Source of the DNA: Gemmataceae bacterium
GTDB taxonomy: Bacteria; Planctomycetota; Planctomycetia; Gemmatales; Gemmataceae
NCBI GenBank assembly: GCA_019747685.1
Contig: JAIEQN010000060.1
Location: 1 to 51,206, forward strand
Direction of reading: 5' to 3'
Length of the DNA: 51,206 nt
Shown piece after piece: positions 38,214-47,745 of the stretch. Numbering within the stretch: the first letter of the stretch is position 1; the number at the start of each line of letters is the position of its first letter. The position numbers and the translations under genes were made by a program. The notes under the pieces were generated by a model that saw only the letters and a program-made list of their open reading frames with translations, searched no databases and was not told the origin of the DNA.

Positions 38214-38730
38214 CCCGCCGGCCGAGGGCCGTCAGGGCCGCCCCGGCGGCCAGCCCCTGGGCAAGTGGCAGGTCGGTGCGGGTGGCGACGGCGTGTGCTA
38301 CCCGCAGCGGCCAGAGGTGGCGGTCTTCGGCCGGCACCCACTCGACCCACTCGATCAGGTCTCGACCGATCACCGCGCCGGCCACCACCAGCGCGGCCAG
38401 AAACAGGACGACGCCGGCCGGTCGGACCATCCCCGGCCGTAGCCGACGGACGGCCCAGACACCGGCCCCCAGCCCGACCGCCCACAGCAGGTGGACGGCC
38501 AGGAGGGGCGGCAGCGGCGGGAAGCAGCCCCACATGCCGCACAGCGACTCGCCCACGTCCAGCGGCAGGGCGGCCACGGACACGGCCCCACCGGCGGCGG
38601 CTAGCCAGCCGGCGGCCGCCCACAGCGGCCCCCGCCAGGCGTGCCACCGGCAGCCGGCCGGGCAAGGGGAATCGGGGACGTCGGACACGGCGGCACTCGG
38701 ATGAGGGGTAAGCAGACGGCTCTCGGCCAT
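38152..38730 (-). CDS. Hypothetical membrane protein (about 4 TM)
   Basis: Hydrophobic helices and a LCGMWGC motif; the 3' end overlaps msrA. Confidence 0.55.
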   Translation of the reverse strand: MAESRLLTPHPSAAVSDVPDSPCPAGCRWHAWRGPLWAAAGWLAAAGGAVSVAALPLDVGESLCGMWGCFPPLPPLLAVHLLWAVGLGAGVWAVRRLRPGMVRPAGVVLFLAALVVAGAVIGRDLIEWVEWVPAEDRHLWPLRVAHAVATRTDLPLAQGLAAGAALTALGRRVTRAAACRRTPPATCPVSGR

Positions 38731-38792
38731 CTATACCCGGACGAGGCGGCGATCAAAGAACGGTGTGCCTCGCACCCGAACGGGAGAGCATC

Positions 38793-39320
38793 ATGACGAG
38801 TCGATCGGTGGCGGGCGTCACGCTGGCGCTCGGCGTGGCGGTGGGCCTGGCGTACCTGGTGAACGGCCCGCTGTCGGTGCGGCCGGCACGTGAGGTGCCG
38901 TCACCAACCCTGCCGCCCGGCGAGCGGGTGGAGCTGGCGGACAGCGAATGGCGGACGCGGCTCAGCCCCGAGGCGTACCGGGTGACCCGCCGGGCCGGCA
39001 CCGAGCGGCCGTTCCGCGGGGCGTTCTGGGATCACCACGCCGACGGGGTGTACCACTGCGTGGGGTGCGAACGGCCGCTGTTCGACTCGGCCGCCAAGTT
39101 CGACTCCGGCACCGGCTGGCCGAGCTACTGGCGGCCGGCCAGCCCCGCCGCCGTCGCCCTGCACGAGGACCCGGACGGCTCCCGCACCGAGGTACTGTGC
39201 CCGCGGTGCGACGCCCACCTGGGGCACGTGTTCGACGACGGCCCCCGGCCGACCGGGATGCGGTACTGTATGAACTCGGCAGCTATGACGTTCACCCCCC
39301 GCGCCGCGGAGGGGAAGTGA
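38793..39320 (+). CDS. msrB: Peptide-methionine (R)-S-oxide reductase with N-terminal anchor
   Basis: GTERPF, YHCVGC, KFDSGTGWPSY, CPRCDAHLGHVFDDGP.PTGMRYCMNS. Confidence 0.95.
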   Translation: MTSRSVAGVTLALGVAVGLAYLVNGPLSVRPAREVPSPTLPPGERVELADSEWRTRLSPEAYRVTRRAGTERPFRGAFWDHHADGVYHCVGCERPLFDSAAKFDSGTGWPSYWRPASPAAVALHEDPDGSRTEVLCPRCDAHLGHVFDDGPRPTGMRYCMNSAAMTFTPRAAEGK

Positions 39321-40144
39321 TGCGAGTCGCGCTCGTGCAGCATTCCGCAGGATCGAACAAAGCGGCCAACCTGCTCCGCGGGCTGGCCGCGATCGAGGCC
39401 GCCGCCGCCGGTGGCGCGAACCTGGTGGCGTTCGCCGAACTGGGGTTCGAGCCGTTCTACCCGCGGGTGCCGGCGGCCGGGCCGGTCGCCCACCTGGCCG
39501 AGCCGATCCCCGGCCCGACTGCTGACGCCTTATGTGCCGCCGCCCGCCGGTACGGCGTCATCATTGTGGCCAACCTGTTCGAGCGGGCCGGCGATCACTG
39601 CTTCGACAGCTCGCCGGTGATCGACGCCGACGGCACCCTGCTCGGCGTCACCCGCATGGCCCACATCACCGACTTCGCGGGGTTCCACGAGCAGGGGTAC
39701 TACGCCCCCGGCGACGGCGGCCTGCCGGTGTACGCCACCCGGACCGGGCGGGTGGGCGTCGTCATCTGCTACGACCGGCATTTCCCGGAGGCCATGCGGG
39801 CGGTGCGGGACGCGGACGTGGTGATCGTCCCCTAGGCCGGCACCGCCGGCGAGTGGCCGGAGGGGCTGTACGAGGCCGAACTGCAGGTGGCGGCGTTCCA
39901 GAACGGATACTTCGTGGGACTGTGTAACCGGGTCGGCCGGGAGGAGGAACTCGACTTCGCCGGCGAGTCGTTCGTGTGCGGCCCGGACGGGGTCATGCTG
40001 GCCCGGGCCGGGACCGGCACCGAGGAGGTGTTGGTCGCCGACCTCGACCTGACAGCCTGCGACCGGTCGTTCGCCCGCCGGCTGTTCTTGCGGCACCGCC
40101 GGCCGGAGCTGTACGCCGGGTGGCTGGGCAGCACCCCGACGTGA
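39320..40144 (+). pseudogene. Carbon-nitrogen hydrolase (N-carbamoylputrescine amidase-like) with in-frame TAG at 39833-39835
   Basis: FAELG, FHEQGYY.PGD, ICYDRHFPE; the frame continues VIVP*AG...QNGYFVGLCNRVG.E...FAGESF...RRPELY. Confidence 0.85.
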
Positions 40145-40156
40145 GCCGGGCCGCAG

Positions 40157-40558
40157 TCAGGCACCGACCGCAACCCCGGACGGCCGGGCCGACACGGTCG
40201 GCGGCCGGGTGGCGGCGTTGAACACGAACGTCGCTGCCAGCACGGCCGCCGCGTTCGCCCAGTAGTACCAGGCGTCCAGGCCGACGAACCCGAGGACCAG
40301 CGGGGCGACCGCGAAGGTCACCCCGACCAGCCGGTCGACCGCCACGTGCAGCCAGTACGGCACCACCCGGATCAGGCCGGTCTCGTGGTCGGTGAACACG
40401 GTGAGCACGAGTGCGGCCGCCCCGACTACGACGGACAGCCACTTGGCGGCCGGGTTCGACCCGCCCAGCCCCAGCACGAACGGGAGCACCAGCAGGGCGG
40501 CGGCGATCGGGTAGTCGATGTAGGCGTGGATCCGGCGGTCGATGAATCGCATGGTCAT
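40157..40558 (-). CDS. Small membrane protein (SPW-repeat-like)
   Basis: IHAYIDY..LPFVLG and HVAVDR..APLVLGF form duplicated hairpins. Confidence 0.7.
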   Translation of the reverse strand: MTMRFIDRRIHAYIDYPIAAALLVLPFVLGLGGSNPAAKWLSVVVGAAALVLTVFTDHETGLIRVVPYWLHVAVDRLVGVTFAVAPLVLGFVGLDAWYYWANAAAVLAATFVFNAATRPPTVSARPSGVAVGA

Positions 40559-40697
40559 GACGAGTCTCCAGGTCCGTTGGTCGGGAGTGGAGCCGGCCTG
40601 GACTGCCAACGGGGCGTTCCGGGCCGGCGGGTTCGAAGGCCGGGCCGCCGGCGAACAGCGCTGCTTGCCGCTTCGGCGATCGACCCCGGCGGGCGAG

Positions 40698-41540
40698 CTA
40701 CACCGACCGCAGCCCGAGCAGCTTCGCGTACGCGCCGAGCGTCTCGCCGAGGCCCGGCCGCCGGGCCGGCCCGGCGTTGTGATACAGGACCAGGGCCGTC
40801 AGGTCGTCGTCGGCCGGCCGCCCGCCGCGGAAGGCGTCCACGGCCGCCAGCAGGCCCCGCCCGAACGCCCGCGGGTCGGTCGGGGTGGCCAGCCCGGCGG
40901 CCAGCCCGAGGAGGCCCGCCTCGCCGAGCTGTCGGTCCGCCGGGTCGCGGGCCTCGGTCAGGGCGTCGGTGTAGAACACGACCACATCCCCACGCCCGAG
41001 TTCGACGGCGAACTGGCTGTACGTCGTGCCGTCGTCCACCCCGAGGGGCAGGTTGCCGGCGGCCGGCTCCGGCCCGCCGGCCAGCACCTCCCACCCCCCG
41101 CCCGCGGCCCGGTACCACAGCGGTCGCGGGTGGCCGGCGTTGCAGATCGTCAGCCGGCCGCCGGTCAGGTAGGTGGCGACCACGGCGGTGGCGAACCGGT
41201 CGGACCGGGCGAGGGCGGTGAACTCCCGGTTCAAGGCCCGGGCCAGCCGGGTCTGGCTCCGGCGGTTGATGTTCCGTCGCATCAGCCGCCGCAGCGACCG
41301 CGCCACGTCGGCCACGACCGCCCCGTGCCCGGCGACGTCGGCCACGACGAGGCGGGTGATCGACCCGCCCCCGCAGAGCGACACGTAGTGTACGTCGCCG
41401 CCGCGGGCGGCCCCCTCGAACGGGCGGCTGAACACCCAGGCGTCCAGCCCGGGGGTGCTGACGACCCGCTCGGCCGTCCGGCTGCCCTGCCAGATCTCCA
41501 TGCACTGGAGCGGGTGCGGGTCAGACGGGATCATCTTCAT
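40698..41540 (-). CDS. PP2C/SpoIIE-family Ser/Thr phosphatase
   Basis: CMEIWQG, GGDVHY, VADVAGHG, NAGHPRP, FYTDAL, DDLT. Confidence 0.9.
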   Translation of the reverse strand: MKMIPSDPHPLQCMEIWQGSRTAERVVSTPGLDAWVFSRPFEGAARGGDVHYVSLCGGGSITRLVVADVAGHGAVVADVARSLRRLMRRNINRRSQTRLARALNREFTALARSDRFATAVVATYLTGGRLTICNAGHPRPLWYRAAGGGWEVLAGGPEPAAGNLPLGVDDGTTYSQFAVELGRGDVVVFYTDALTEARDPADRQLGEAGLLGLAAGLATPTDPRAFGRGLLAAVDAFRGGRPADDDLTALVLYHNAGPARRPGLGETLGAYAKLLGLRSV

Positions 41541-42048
41541 CCTCACGCGGCCGATCGCGGCTTGAGAGAGTGGCGGCCGGTAGTGCGACCCGCCGGGCCG
41601 GGCGAGCCGCCAGCGCCTCGCCGGCCGTCCACAAGGCGACGCCCAGCAACACGATGTCCTTGAGCACGAACTGCCCCGGCATCGCCGACAGGGCCGGGAA
41701 CCCGCCCAGGGTCGGCTCCCACCCCGGGGTGGTGAACAGGAAGCTGAAGGTGGTCAGGAACATGCCGGCCGCCAGCCCGCTGCCGGCGGCCGAGCCGATC
41801 GGCCACACCGGCCGCAGGGCGATCAGCACCGCGATGGCGATCTCGATCACACCCAGCACGGCCGAGAACGCCGTCACGCTCAGGACGCCATACGCCCAGC
41901 CTGTCAGCGGGCTGTTGGCCGCCATCGGCTTGATCCCCTCGGCCTCATAGGCAGTAAACTTCATCCCACCGATCCAGAGCAACACGACCACCAGCCCGTA
42001 CCGGGCGACGTGGGTGCCGATCATCCGCAGCCGGTCACTGGTGGTCAT
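41521..42048 (-). CDS. DUF417 membrane protein (YkgB/RclC-like)
   Basis: RYGLVVVLLWIGGMKFTAYEAEGI.P..ANSPL, TFSFLFTTPG, GQFVLKD. Confidence 0.9.
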   Translation of the reverse strand: MTTSDRLRMIGTHVARYGLVVVLLWIGGMKFTAYEAEGIKPMAANSPLTGWAYGVLSVTAFSAVLGVIEIAIAVLIALRPVWPIGSAAGSGLAAGMFLTTFSFLFTTPGWEPTLGGFPALSAMPGQFVLKDIVLLGVALWTAGEALAARPARRVALPAATLSSRDRPREDEDDPV

Positions 42049-42050
42049 GA

Positions 42051-43394
42051 TTACCTCGGTGCCGACGCCGATTCGGCCGGATGGGGGTCGGGGACGTTCA
42101 CCGGGACGGCCGCCGCGCCTCCGGTCGTGTGCAGCGACCGCAGGTAGACGATGTCCCGGGCGAAGAACAGGTCGAGCGTCCAGTCGAGGGCCACCCGCAC
42201 CTTCCGCTCGAACCCCGGCAGCTTCATCAGGTACACCGTCCGCCACAGCCACCAGGCGAAGAAGCCGCTGAACCGCAGCCCCATCACCTCGGCCACCGCC
42301 GACCGCCGGCCGAGGCCGGCCATCAGCCCGAGCGGCTTGTACTTGAACGGCGTCGGGTCGCCGCCGGCCAAGGCGGCGGCCACGTTGTCGGCCACCACCT
42401 TGCCCTGCCGCAGGGCGTGCTGGGCGGTCGGCGGGCACACCCCCTCGCGGGCCAGGTCGGGCACGGCCGCGCAGTCGCCGAGCGCCCACACCTCCGGCCG
42501 GCCGACCGACCGCAGGCAGGCATCGACCTCGACCCTTCCGCCCGCCCCCTTCGGCAGGTCGAGGGCCGCGAGCAGCGGGTGCGGGGCCACGCCGGCCGCC
42601 CACACCAGGGTGTGGCAGGCCAGCTCCTCGCCGGTGGACAGGGCCACCCGGTCCGCGGTCGCCCCCTTCACGCGGGTGCCGAGCCGCACCTCGACGCCCC
42701 GCCGGCCGAGCTGGCCGAGGGCGTAGGCGGACAGCTTCTCGCTCACCTCCGGCAGTACTCGTGGGCCGGAGTGGACCAGCACCACCCGCACCGCGGTCGG
42801 GTCGATGCGCGGGTAGAACTGGCCGGCCGCCCGGACGAAGTCGTTCACCTGGGCGGCGGTCTCCACACCGGCGAACCCGCCACCGGCGACGACGAACGTG
42901 AGCAGCCCGCGGCGGGCCGCCGGGTCGTCCTCAAGCTCGGCATGTTCCAGCTTGTCGATGAGGTGGGCGTGCAAGGCCGTTGCGTCGGCCAGCGACTTCA
43001 TGGTGCGGGCGTACTCGGCCAACCCCGGCAGGCCGAAGAAGTTGGTGGCCCCGCCGAACGCCAGGACCAGGTGGTCGTAGGGCAGCGGGGCCTCGTGGCA
43101 CTTGGCGCAGTGGGCGGCCACCACCACCCGCCCGTCGAGGTCGATGTGCCGCACCTCGGCCTGCCGCACCGCCGTCCTGCGGAGGGCCGCCCGGAGCGGG
43201 TAGACGATGTGCTTGGCCTGGAGTGAGCCGGACGGCACCTCGGGCAGCAACGGGGTGAACAGGGAGAAGTTCTCCGCGTCCACGATCGTCACCTGCACTT
43301 CGGCCCGCCGGCCGAAGTGCCGCTCCAGCCGGCAGGCCGCCGTCACCCCGGCGAACCCGCCGCCCAGGATCACGATCCGCTTGGTGCCGTCCAT
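42051..43394 (-). CDS. Type II NADH dehydrogenase-like FAD/NAD oxidoreductase
   Basis: ILGGGFAG, FTPLLPEV, GGGFAGVE, ALGDCA, PPTAQHA, FFAWWLWR.VYL. Confidence 0.92.
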   Translation of the reverse strand: MDGTKRIVILGGGFAGVTAACRLERHFGRRAEVQVTIVDAENFSLFTPLLPEVPSGSLQAKHIVYPLRAALRRTAVRQAEVRHIDLDGRVVVAAHCAKCHEAPLPYDHLVLAFGGATNFFGLPGLAEYARTMKSLADATALHAHLIDKLEHAELEDDPAARRGLLTFVVAGGGFAGVETAAQVNDFVRAAGQFYPRIDPTAVRVVLVHSGPRVLPEVSEKLSAYALGQLGRRGVEVRLGTRVKGATADRVALSTGEELACHTLVWAAGVAPHPLLAALDLPKGAGGRVEVDACLRSVGRPEVWALGDCAAVPDLAREGVCPPTAQHALRQGKVVADNVAAALAGGDPTPFKYKPLGLMAGLGRRSAVAEVMGLRFSGFFAWWLWRTVYLMKLPGFERKVRVALDWTLDLFFARDIVYLRSLHTTGGAAAVPVNVPDPHPAESASAPR

Positions 43395-43422
43395 CCGCCC
43401 CTCCTGGTGTCACTTCCGACCG

Positions 43423-44004
43423 CTACTTGGCCGCCAGTGCTTTCAGCACGTCCGCCACCTTCGCCCGGTCGCCGTGCCCGGTGCTAACCTTGGCGAATCG
43501 TACGGCCCGCTTGCCGTCGAGGACGAAGGTGGCCGGGTAAGCGGTCTCGTTCTTCGCGTCCCACCGCAGTCCGTAGGCGGTGGTGAACGTGTAGTCCGGG
43601 TCGAGCAGGAGCTGGAAGTGGTCCGGGTAGTCTTTCCCTTTTACGAATTCCCCGGCCCGCTCCTTCAGCTTCTCGGCCGGCCCGGGGTAGACGAGAACCA
43701 CCTTCGCCCCGGCCGCCTTGAACTCGTCGGCCTTGCCCAGGAACTCGCCGGCCTGGCGGGTGCAGAGCGGGCACTGGTAGCCGGGATAACCGCGGAGGAC
43801 CACCAGCACCACCGGCCCGGCTTCGGTCAGCTTGGACAGCTTCACCGCGTCCCCGCCGAGGGCGGTCAGCTCGAAGTCCTTGGCCTGGTCGCCGACCGCT
43901 GGCGGCTTCTCGGCCGCAGCGGACGCCCCGACCGCGACCGTCGCGAACACGGCCGCCAACAGCCCCTTCGTCGCCGTCGCCAGTCTGAGCATGTACTTCA
44001 GCAT
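43423..44004 (-). CDS. Exported peroxiredoxin-like (AhpC/TSA) protein
   Basis: Signal peptide; VVLRGYPGYQCPLC, AYPATFV. Confidence 0.88.
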   Translation of the reverse strand: MLKYMLRLATATKGLLAAVFATVAVGASAAAEKPPAVGDQAKDFELTALGGDAVKLSKLTEAGPVVLVVLRGYPGYQCPLCTRQAGEFLGKADEFKAAGAKVVLVYPGPAEKLKERAGEFVKGKDYPDHFQLLLDPDYTFTTAYGLRWDAKNETAYPATFVLDGKRAVRFAKVSTGHGDRAKVADVLKALAAK

Positions 44005-44126
44005 CGCTGCTCCTCCGGAGTCGTAGATTCGGCAATAGCGTCTCGACCGGGGTTGGATGCCGGCGGGCCGGAACGGTTACTGACCGCCCGACGGGCGGTA
44101 AACGTTCCCGGGGTCGTGGCGGCCGG

Positions 44127-44747
44127 CTACTTTCCCTTCGGCTTGTCCTTCAGCACCGGGTATCCGCGAACGTACAGCCAGTCGTCCTGCTTGGCTGGGA
44201 CGTGGCACGCCCGGCAGTCCGTCTTGTAGTCGGTGGCGGTCTGCTTTGTCGGGTTTTTGCTCTGGAACAGCGCCCACCCCCACCCGTCGCCCCACAGGTC
44301 GTTCCGATTGAACCGGCCCTTCGCGTCCTTGACCATCACGAACCAGATGTCGATGTCGGTCGCCCACGTCACGGTGCCGGTTGTCAGGTCCGCGGTCTTG
44401 GTCTTGTACACGTCTTTCACGATGACCGCCCCGTCCGGGAATTTGCCGTCCGTCTGATACGCTTTCACGTCCTCCGGTCGCGCATACACGCCGTGGAGTT
44501 GATCGACAGGACCACCAACTTTGCTCGCCGTCGCGAAGGTACCCAGGTGCGTGAACGCCGTCCTATAGTCGGCCGGGAGCGTGATGTTCCCCTTGTCGTC
44601 GACGTACGCGGAGAACTTCTCCGGCTCGGCCGCCACCGCCGAGCGGCTTGGGGTGACCGACCCGGACCAGTGTCCGAGGCCGCCGACGAGGGCGGCCGCG
44701 GTGATGGCACCGGCGCGGCAGGCCCGGCGGGGAGTTGACACGGTCAT
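44127..44747 (-). CDS. Cytochrome P460 / c'-beta family protein
   Basis: LPADYR, FPDGAVIVK, FVMVKD, WGDGWGWALF, C-terminal CRACH. Confidence 0.88.
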   Translation of the reverse strand: MTVSTPRRACRAGAITAAALVGGLGHWSGSVTPSRSAVAAEPEKFSAYVDDKGNITLPADYRTAFTHLGTFATASKVGGPVDQLHGVYARPEDVKAYQTDGKFPDGAVIVKDVYKTKTADLTTGTVTWATDIDIWFVMVKDAKGRFNRNDLWGDGWGWALFQSKNPTKQTATDYKTDCRACHVPAKQDDWLYVRGYPVLKDKPKGK

Positions 44748-44784
44748 CCGAGATCCTCATGATGGTGGTTCGAGGGATGTTGTC

Positions 44785-45144
44785 ATGCCGGCCGAGATCG
44801 TGGCGAAACGGGTTTACGACGAAGTTGGTGAGGAGGACGGGTGTCGCGTTCTCGTCGATCGCCTGTGGCCGAGAGGCGTGTCCAAGGAGGCCGCGCGGAT
44901 CGATCTGTGGCCGCTGGCGTTCACCCCGTCCGACGAGCTGAGGAAGTGGTACCACGCGGCCTCCGGGCGGTCCGACGATTTCGCCGCACGCTACACGGCG
45001 GAACTGGTCGGTCGGCGACTGGAGATCGAGCAGACGCTTCGCTCACTCACCCACCGGCGCGTCACGCTCGTGACCGCGACCAAGGATCTTGAGCGCGGTC
45101 ACGTTGGGGTGTTGATGCGGTTCCTACAGGCCGTCGCCACCTGA
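44785..45144 (+). CDS. DUF488 (YeaO-like) protein
   Basis: KRVYD, DGCRVLVDRLWPRGVSK, PSDELRKWYH. Confidence 0.9.
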   Translation: MPAEIVAKRVYDEVGEEDGCRVLVDRLWPRGVSKEAARIDLWPLAFTPSDELRKWYHAASGRSDDFAARYTAELVGRRLEIEQTLRSLTHRRVTLVTATKDLERGHVGVLMRFLQAVAT

Positions 45145-45147
45145 TCG

Positions 45148-45756
45148 CTACTTCTTCGGGGCCGCCGCCCGCAGGACCGGGTAGTACTGGGTGAACACGT
45201 AGTCCTGCTTGGCGTTCGCCTGATGGCAGGCGTTGCACGAGGCGGTGGCAGCCGTGGTGGCCGTCTCCTTGAGCGGGTACTTGTGGCCGAAGCTGAAGTA
45301 CGCCCAGTTCCCCGGCTCGTCCTTGAACCGCTTGGCGTCTTTCATCGACACCTCCAGACCGATGTACTCGCCCATGAAGTACCCCTTGCCGCTGGTCGCT
45401 TCCTTGGTCCCGACGCTCGTCAACTCTTTGACGAGCACGGTCCCGTCGCGGTACTCGCCGGTCTTCTCGTAGTGGACGAAGCTGTCCGGATCCATGTAGA
45501 CGATGTGGAACTCGGGGAACGGGGCGTCCCCTCCGTTCATGTCGTTCGGGGTGACGGGGGTGCCGACGAACGGCCACTTGCGGTAGCCGGTGGGCTGTTT
45601 CATCTTCCCGTCGTCGCTGAACTCCACCACCGGCTTGTCGGCCGGCTTATCGGCGGCGATGACGGCGGACGGTTGGGCCACGTTCCACAGGGTGAAGGCG
45701 AGCACGCCGGCGATGGCCACGCCACCGCCCACCCAGCCGCGAATCGATCTGGACAT
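45148..45756 (-). CDS. Cytochrome P460 / c'-beta family protein
   Basis: PTGYRKW..VGTPVTPNDMNGG.APFPEFH.VY, DGTVLVKEL, GYFMGE, CNACH, VFTQYYP. Confidence 0.9.
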   Translation of the reverse strand: MSRSIRGWVGGGVAIAGVLAFTLWNVAQPSAVIAADKPADKPVVEFSDDGKMKQPTGYRKWPFVGTPVTPNDMNGGDAPFPEFHIVYMDPDSFVHYEKTGEYRDGTVLVKELTSVGTKEATSGKGYFMGEYIGLEVSMKDAKRFKDEPGNWAYFSFGHKYPLKETATTAATASCNACHQANAKQDYVFTQYYPVLRAAAPKK

Positions 45757-45943
45757 GAGGAGACTCCTTCAAACGGGGACAGGCACGACGAGAAACCCCG
45801 GATGGGGTGATGGTGAGACCCGTCGTGCCAGACGAGTCCCAAGGAACAGACCGTGGCCGAGGCACATCTCGGCCCGGCGGATTTCGTCGGGTGCGGCCGC
45901 TTCCTGCCTCACCCGGCAACTTCGGTAAACCGCCCGAACTGAC

Positions 45944-46324
45944 TCAACCGTGCTTGGCCTGGGCGTAGTGCTTGTTCGCCTTGACCATGCAGGCCGCGTC
46001 GCCGTCCTTCTCCCACAGGGCCTTGGCGTCCACGTCGGCGCTCTTCAGGAACAGCAGCAGCTTGCCGTCCGCGATCTTGAAGCAGGTCGGATCGACCGGG
46101 AACTCCTTCTCGACCGAGTGGCCGAAGGCGCAGGTGCCGCCGAACGCCGGGGTGTACTTGGCCGGATTCTTCTGGAAGGTGGCGACTTGGGCGGCCGACG
46201 TGAACAGGTAGCGCTTGCCGAGATGATCGGCGTGGAACTCGGCCCGGCCCAACTCGGGCTTGTGGGCCTCGAAGTAGGACACTGGACTGTACCCGCCGAT
46301 GGAGGCCTCAGCGGTGCTTGTCAT
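45944..46324 (-). CDS. YHS domain-containing protein (Cys form of a family that includes selenoproteins)
   Basis: GGYSPVSYF, YLFTS, FQKNPAKYTPAFGGTCAFG, DP..FKIADGKLLLF. Confidence 0.85.
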   Translation of the reverse strand: MTSTAEASIGGYSPVSYFEAHKPELGRAEFHADHLGKRYLFTSAAQVATFQKNPAKYTPAFGGTCAFGHSVEKEFPVDPTCFKIADGKLLLFLKSADVDAKALWEKDGDAACMVKANKHYAQAKHG

Positions 46325-46423
46325 GAAGATCTCCTGGTCCGGACCTGGGACGGAATGCCGACCGACCGTCGGCTGTGGGGGAGAGGTGCTTCCCACGGGT
46401 TAGATTCCGCAGGGCCGGATCGG

Positions 46424-47734
46424 TTACGCCCGCTTGCAAGTATTTTTCCGGCGAAGTAACCAGAGGCTGACCAGGCACAGCCCGAAAACGGACCCCCACC
46501 ACCAGACCGCCGCGGCGATGAGGGTCGATCCGATGACCAGGCCGGCGGACAGGGGCAGCCAGCGCGCCAGCGCCACCGTCGCCCTCCGGTCGGCAGCGAG
46601 GCGGCGAGCCAGCCCGCCGAGCGCGCACCCCAGCCACCCGGCGAACGGGTCGATCCGGTCCCACCCGGCTGAGAGGCCCGTGACCACGCATCCCCCAACC
46701 GGGCTAAGCAGCCCCAGGCTGAACGGAACGCCGAACTGAATGCCCGCCGGCCACAGCGTCCGGGCCGGCAGGTCGGGCGGGTCGTCGGTCACCGCCACCC
46801 CCGCCTCGCCGTACCAGACGACCCGCGACCGGGGCGGCGCAGGGGCGGGACCACAGTGGCGGTCGAGGAACGGCGCCAGGGCGGCCGCCAGCCGGTCTGT
46901 ACCGTCGGCCGAAAAGAGCATGAAGTGGCTGTCCGGGAACAGGTGAAGCTCACCGTCCGGGTGGAGCCGGTGGTGTTCGACTGCGGCCCACGCCGGCACC
47001 AGCGGGTCCCGCCGACCGTGAAGGACGAGCAGTGGTGGGCGGAGGCGTTCCAGGACGCCGCGGAGCGGCCGCTGGTCGGTGTCCCAGAAGTTGCGGAAGA
47101 ACGTCCACCGGAACGACCGCGATCCGAGCAGTCCGAAGTGCGGCACGAACTCGGGCGCGACGACAGCGGCCGCCCCCAGTCCGGCGTACTTGGCGTGTTC
47201 CAAGTGGTAGTCGCCGCTCCCCTCCCCCTCCTGGACACCGATCCCGCCGAACAGGGCAACCGACCGCACCCGGTTCGGGGCGAGGTCGGCCAGGTGGAGC
47301 GCGACGCCGCTCCCCTGCGAGAATCCGACGACCTGGAACTCGGCCACGCCGAGGGCGTCGAGCCAGGCGAGCACGTACCGGGCGTGGGCGGCGACCGAGT
47401 AGTCCGGCAGCCACCGGGACGACCGGCCGAACCCAGGCAGGTCGGGCACCAGCACCCGGAACCCGGCCAGGTGCGGCAGCAGGTGGCGGAAGTCGGCCAC
47501 AGCCCCGGGGCTGCCGTGGAGCAGGACGACGACCGGCCCGGCCCCGTGGTCCTGGTACGCGACTTCGACCGCCGGGCCTGGCCGCGGGCCGTCCGCCGCC
47601 TGCCGGGCGACGGACGCTACCGAATGCCCGGGAGCAGGGGAAGGCAGGCCCGGTCGGACGGTCTGGAACACACACGACGCGGCCACGGCTACCACATACC
47701 CGGCCCGCCAATGTCGCCAGGCGAATGACTTCAT
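46424..47734 (-). CDS. Alpha/beta hydrolase with C-terminal membrane segment
   Basis: LLHGSP, PDLPGFGRS, GFSQGSG, GVQEGEGSGDY..HAKY, RNFWDTDQRPLR, HGRRDPLVP. Confidence 0.85.
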   Translation of the reverse strand: MKSFAWRHWRAGYVVAVAASCVFQTVRPGLPSPAPGHSVASVARQAADGPRPGPAVEVAYQDHGAGPVVVLLHGSPGAVADFRHLLPHLAGFRVLVPDLPGFGRSSRWLPDYSVAAHARYVLAWLDALGVAEFQVVGFSQGSGVALHLADLAPNRVRSVALFGGIGVQEGEGSGDYHLEHAKYAGLGAAAVVAPEFVPHFGLLGSRSFRWTFFRNFWDTDQRPLRGVLERLRPPLLVLHGRRDPLVPAWAAVEHHRLHPDGELHLFPDSHFMLFSADGTDRLAAALAPFLDRHCGPAPAPPRSRVVWYGEAGVAVTDDPPDLPARTLWPAGIQFGVPFSLGLLSPVGGCVVTGLSAGWDRIDPFAGWLGCALGGLARRLAADRRATVALARWLPLSAGLVIGSTLIAAAVWWWGSVFGLCLVSLWLLRRKNTCKRA

Positions 47735-47745
47735 TCTCGCCCCGG

